The translations under genes were made by a program, and so were the position numbers. Below, one piece after another: positions 62,574 through 64,000 of a stretch of 64,000 bases of DNA. Numbering within the stretch: the first letter of the stretch is position 1; every line of letters starts with the position of its first letter. The stretch is from an uncultured Bdellovibrionales bacterium (GTDB taxonomy: Bacteria; Patescibacteriota; Minisyncoccia; Moranbacterales; DUUL01), in contig CAYQVD010000002.1 of NCBI GenBank assembly GCA_964421125.1, positions 13,579-77,578 on the forward strand. Reading direction: 5' to 3'. The notes under the pieces were generated by a model. The model saw only the letters and a program-made list of their open reading frames with translations. It searched no databases and was not told the origin of the DNA.

Positions 62574-62634
62574 GAAATAAAATTCAGACCTCTAACTCAA
62601 AAGTATTATAAATAACAATTTCTTTTTAAATGAT

Positions 62635-63327
62635 ATGCGTACAGGATTTGATATAAATTTGATTCAAGGGGATGGATACCTAGTTATTCCATTGTCTATG
62701 GTTAGATTAGGTAATAGTCAATCTCCAGAAGATACATATAAAATCTTTCATTATTTCTCTAAAAAATTAGCAACATATACGAATGATGTAATCTTGCTTT
62801 ATACAAGTGGTTTATATTTTAATGATGAAAATATAACTTATGAAAAGCGAGTTAAAATTAACGAACAAATGATAAATCATTCTTTGGCTCTTCGTAAATT
62901 AATTCAAAAGAAGAAAGAATTTATGCCGGGTGCTTTTCATTTTCTTCCAATAGATTACATCATTCTAAATTGTAAAGATTTTAGAGTATTTTTTAACAAG
63001 CTCAAAAGATTAGTTAAAACTGATGAGAAATTCAAAGAATGTGTGAAAAAAGATATGGGCAAAAGAGAATATAATGAAGCAAATGAAAATTTTATTCTTG
63101 AAGAAGTTGCAGTTGCCCATATCATAAAAGAGAGACTTGTTGAATTTCCAAGAACGCTTGTTAAAAATGATATCTGGAGATTGATTGCATATCCAGGAAC
63201 ATACATGGAAAGTGATAAGTATCAATGGAATAACAAGATTTTACCACAAAATGATATTATCAATCCTTTCCGCGGTACGCAATACGATTTTGAAAAAAAG
63301 AAATTGTTTGTCTATTCTGATATGTAG
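62635..63327 (+). CDS. Cassette 2 ORF: tRNA-dependent cyclodipeptide synthase (CDPS)-like protein
   Basis: 230 aa; LVIPLS, NFILEEVA and LIAYPG in CDPS order and spacing (motif-level inference). Confidence 0.5.
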   Translation: MRTGFDINLIQGDGYLVIPLSMVRLGNSQSPEDTYKIFHYFSKKLATYTNDVILLYTSGLYFNDENITYEKRVKINEQMINHSLALRKLIQKKKEFMPGAFHFLPIDYIILNCKDFRVFFNKLKRLVKTDEKFKECVKKDMGKREYNEANENFILEEVAVAHIIKERLVEFPRTLVKNDIWRLIAYPGTYMESDKYQWNNKILPQNDIINPFRGTQYDFEKKKLFVYSDM

Positions 63328-63400
63328 GGTCGGTCTGAATTTTACTTGCTTCACTTCGTTTCGCACCACGCTGCGCTCTCCTCCTTTCAGTCGTCGGGTC

Positions 63401-63496
63401 ATTTAACAGGGGATAAAAGGAAAATTGCTCGGCTCGCAATTTTCCCAAATTTTCTCCGCTACGCTACGAAAACTTCTTTTATCCCCGATGTTAGGC
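63401..63496 (+). mobile_element. attC site of cassette 2
   Basis: R'' ATTTAAC (complement of cassette start GTTAAAT), ggggataaaagg / tcttttatcccc stem, R' GTTAGGC. Confidence 0.85.
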
Positions 63497-63685
63497 GATA
63501 TATTTTTGAAAAATTTGTTTTTAAAATGTTCTTGGTGGGCTTTTAAGAAATAGGGAATTAAATTTTTTTAATTTTTAAAGAGAGGGGTAAAGAGTGATTT
63601 CTTCGCTATCACTTCAAAAACGATTTATTTAAAATAACAAAACTTACATAATGATTACAATTTTAATTTATAAATAGCAATTAAT

Positions 63686-64000
63686 ATGGATTACAAAATC
63701 ATCAAAAAATATTTAGACAAGCAAAAGATCAAAGTAATCTTATTATTAATTATGGTATTCTTTATTGCCGGTTGCAGTCAAAAAAGCGAACTGGGCAATA
63801 ATCCTTCCGATTCAGCCAAAGAGACAATTAATGAAGAAAATAAAGAAGAAACAGTGGCTTCTATTCCAGATAATCTTATTTCTTGCGATCCAGCCTACTT
63901 CAAACGCGGCACTGATGGCATAGCGCCTGACTGTGACACGTTTGAGGAAGGTAAGGTTTGTTCCTATCACACCAAAGAAAAAAATGGTGAGACTAAAATT
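63686..64000 (+). CDS. Cassette 3 ORF: predicted lipoprotein (runs off window)
   Basis: MDYKIIKKYLDKQKIKVILLLIMVFFIAGC lipobox, then Cys-containing domain; open to window end. Confidence 0.75.
   Translation, partial: MDYKIIKKYLDKQKIKVILLLIMVFFIAGCSQKSELGNNPSDSAKETINEENKEETVASIPDNLISCDPAYFKRGTDGIAPDCDTFEEGKVCSYHTKEKNGETKI

Noticed and set aside
63185-63546. Short ORFs spanning attC2 on both strands
   Set aside because: They coincide with the GC-rich structured recombination site and are not credible proteins

Overview
AT-rich bacterial chromosomal segment whose gene content and style suggest a Patescibacteria/CPR genome (Parcubacteria-like; inference). Most of it is housekeeping: thrS, miaB, rsmI, smc, rnc, nrdD/nrdR, priA, def, fmt, recA, rpsL-rpsG-fusA-tuf, ftsA/ftsZ, rodA, mltG, folD, glyA, rpmH-rnpA-yidC-jag, the complete F0F1 atp operon and lepA. 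The standout is an integron-like system at the right end (61116-64000). A 271-aa tyrosine recombinase that lacks the IntI-specific insertion sits divergent to an attI-like site and an array of at least 3 cassettes. The cassettes have canonical attC R''/R' complementarity and self-complementary ends, and one encodes a cyclodipeptide-synthase-like protein. A second, integrase-less copy of the same attI, fused to an attC homologue, lies 11 kb away (50764-51010, minus strand). Other notable items are a 4-copy co-varying ~70-bp hairpin family, a ~320-bp fold-back non-coding element, two toxin-like genes each broken by a single in-frame TGA (while no intact gene I call here ends in TGA), a zeta-toxin islet flanked by a duplicated rsmI 5' end, and repeat-derived in-frame insertions in thrS, miaB and lepA.
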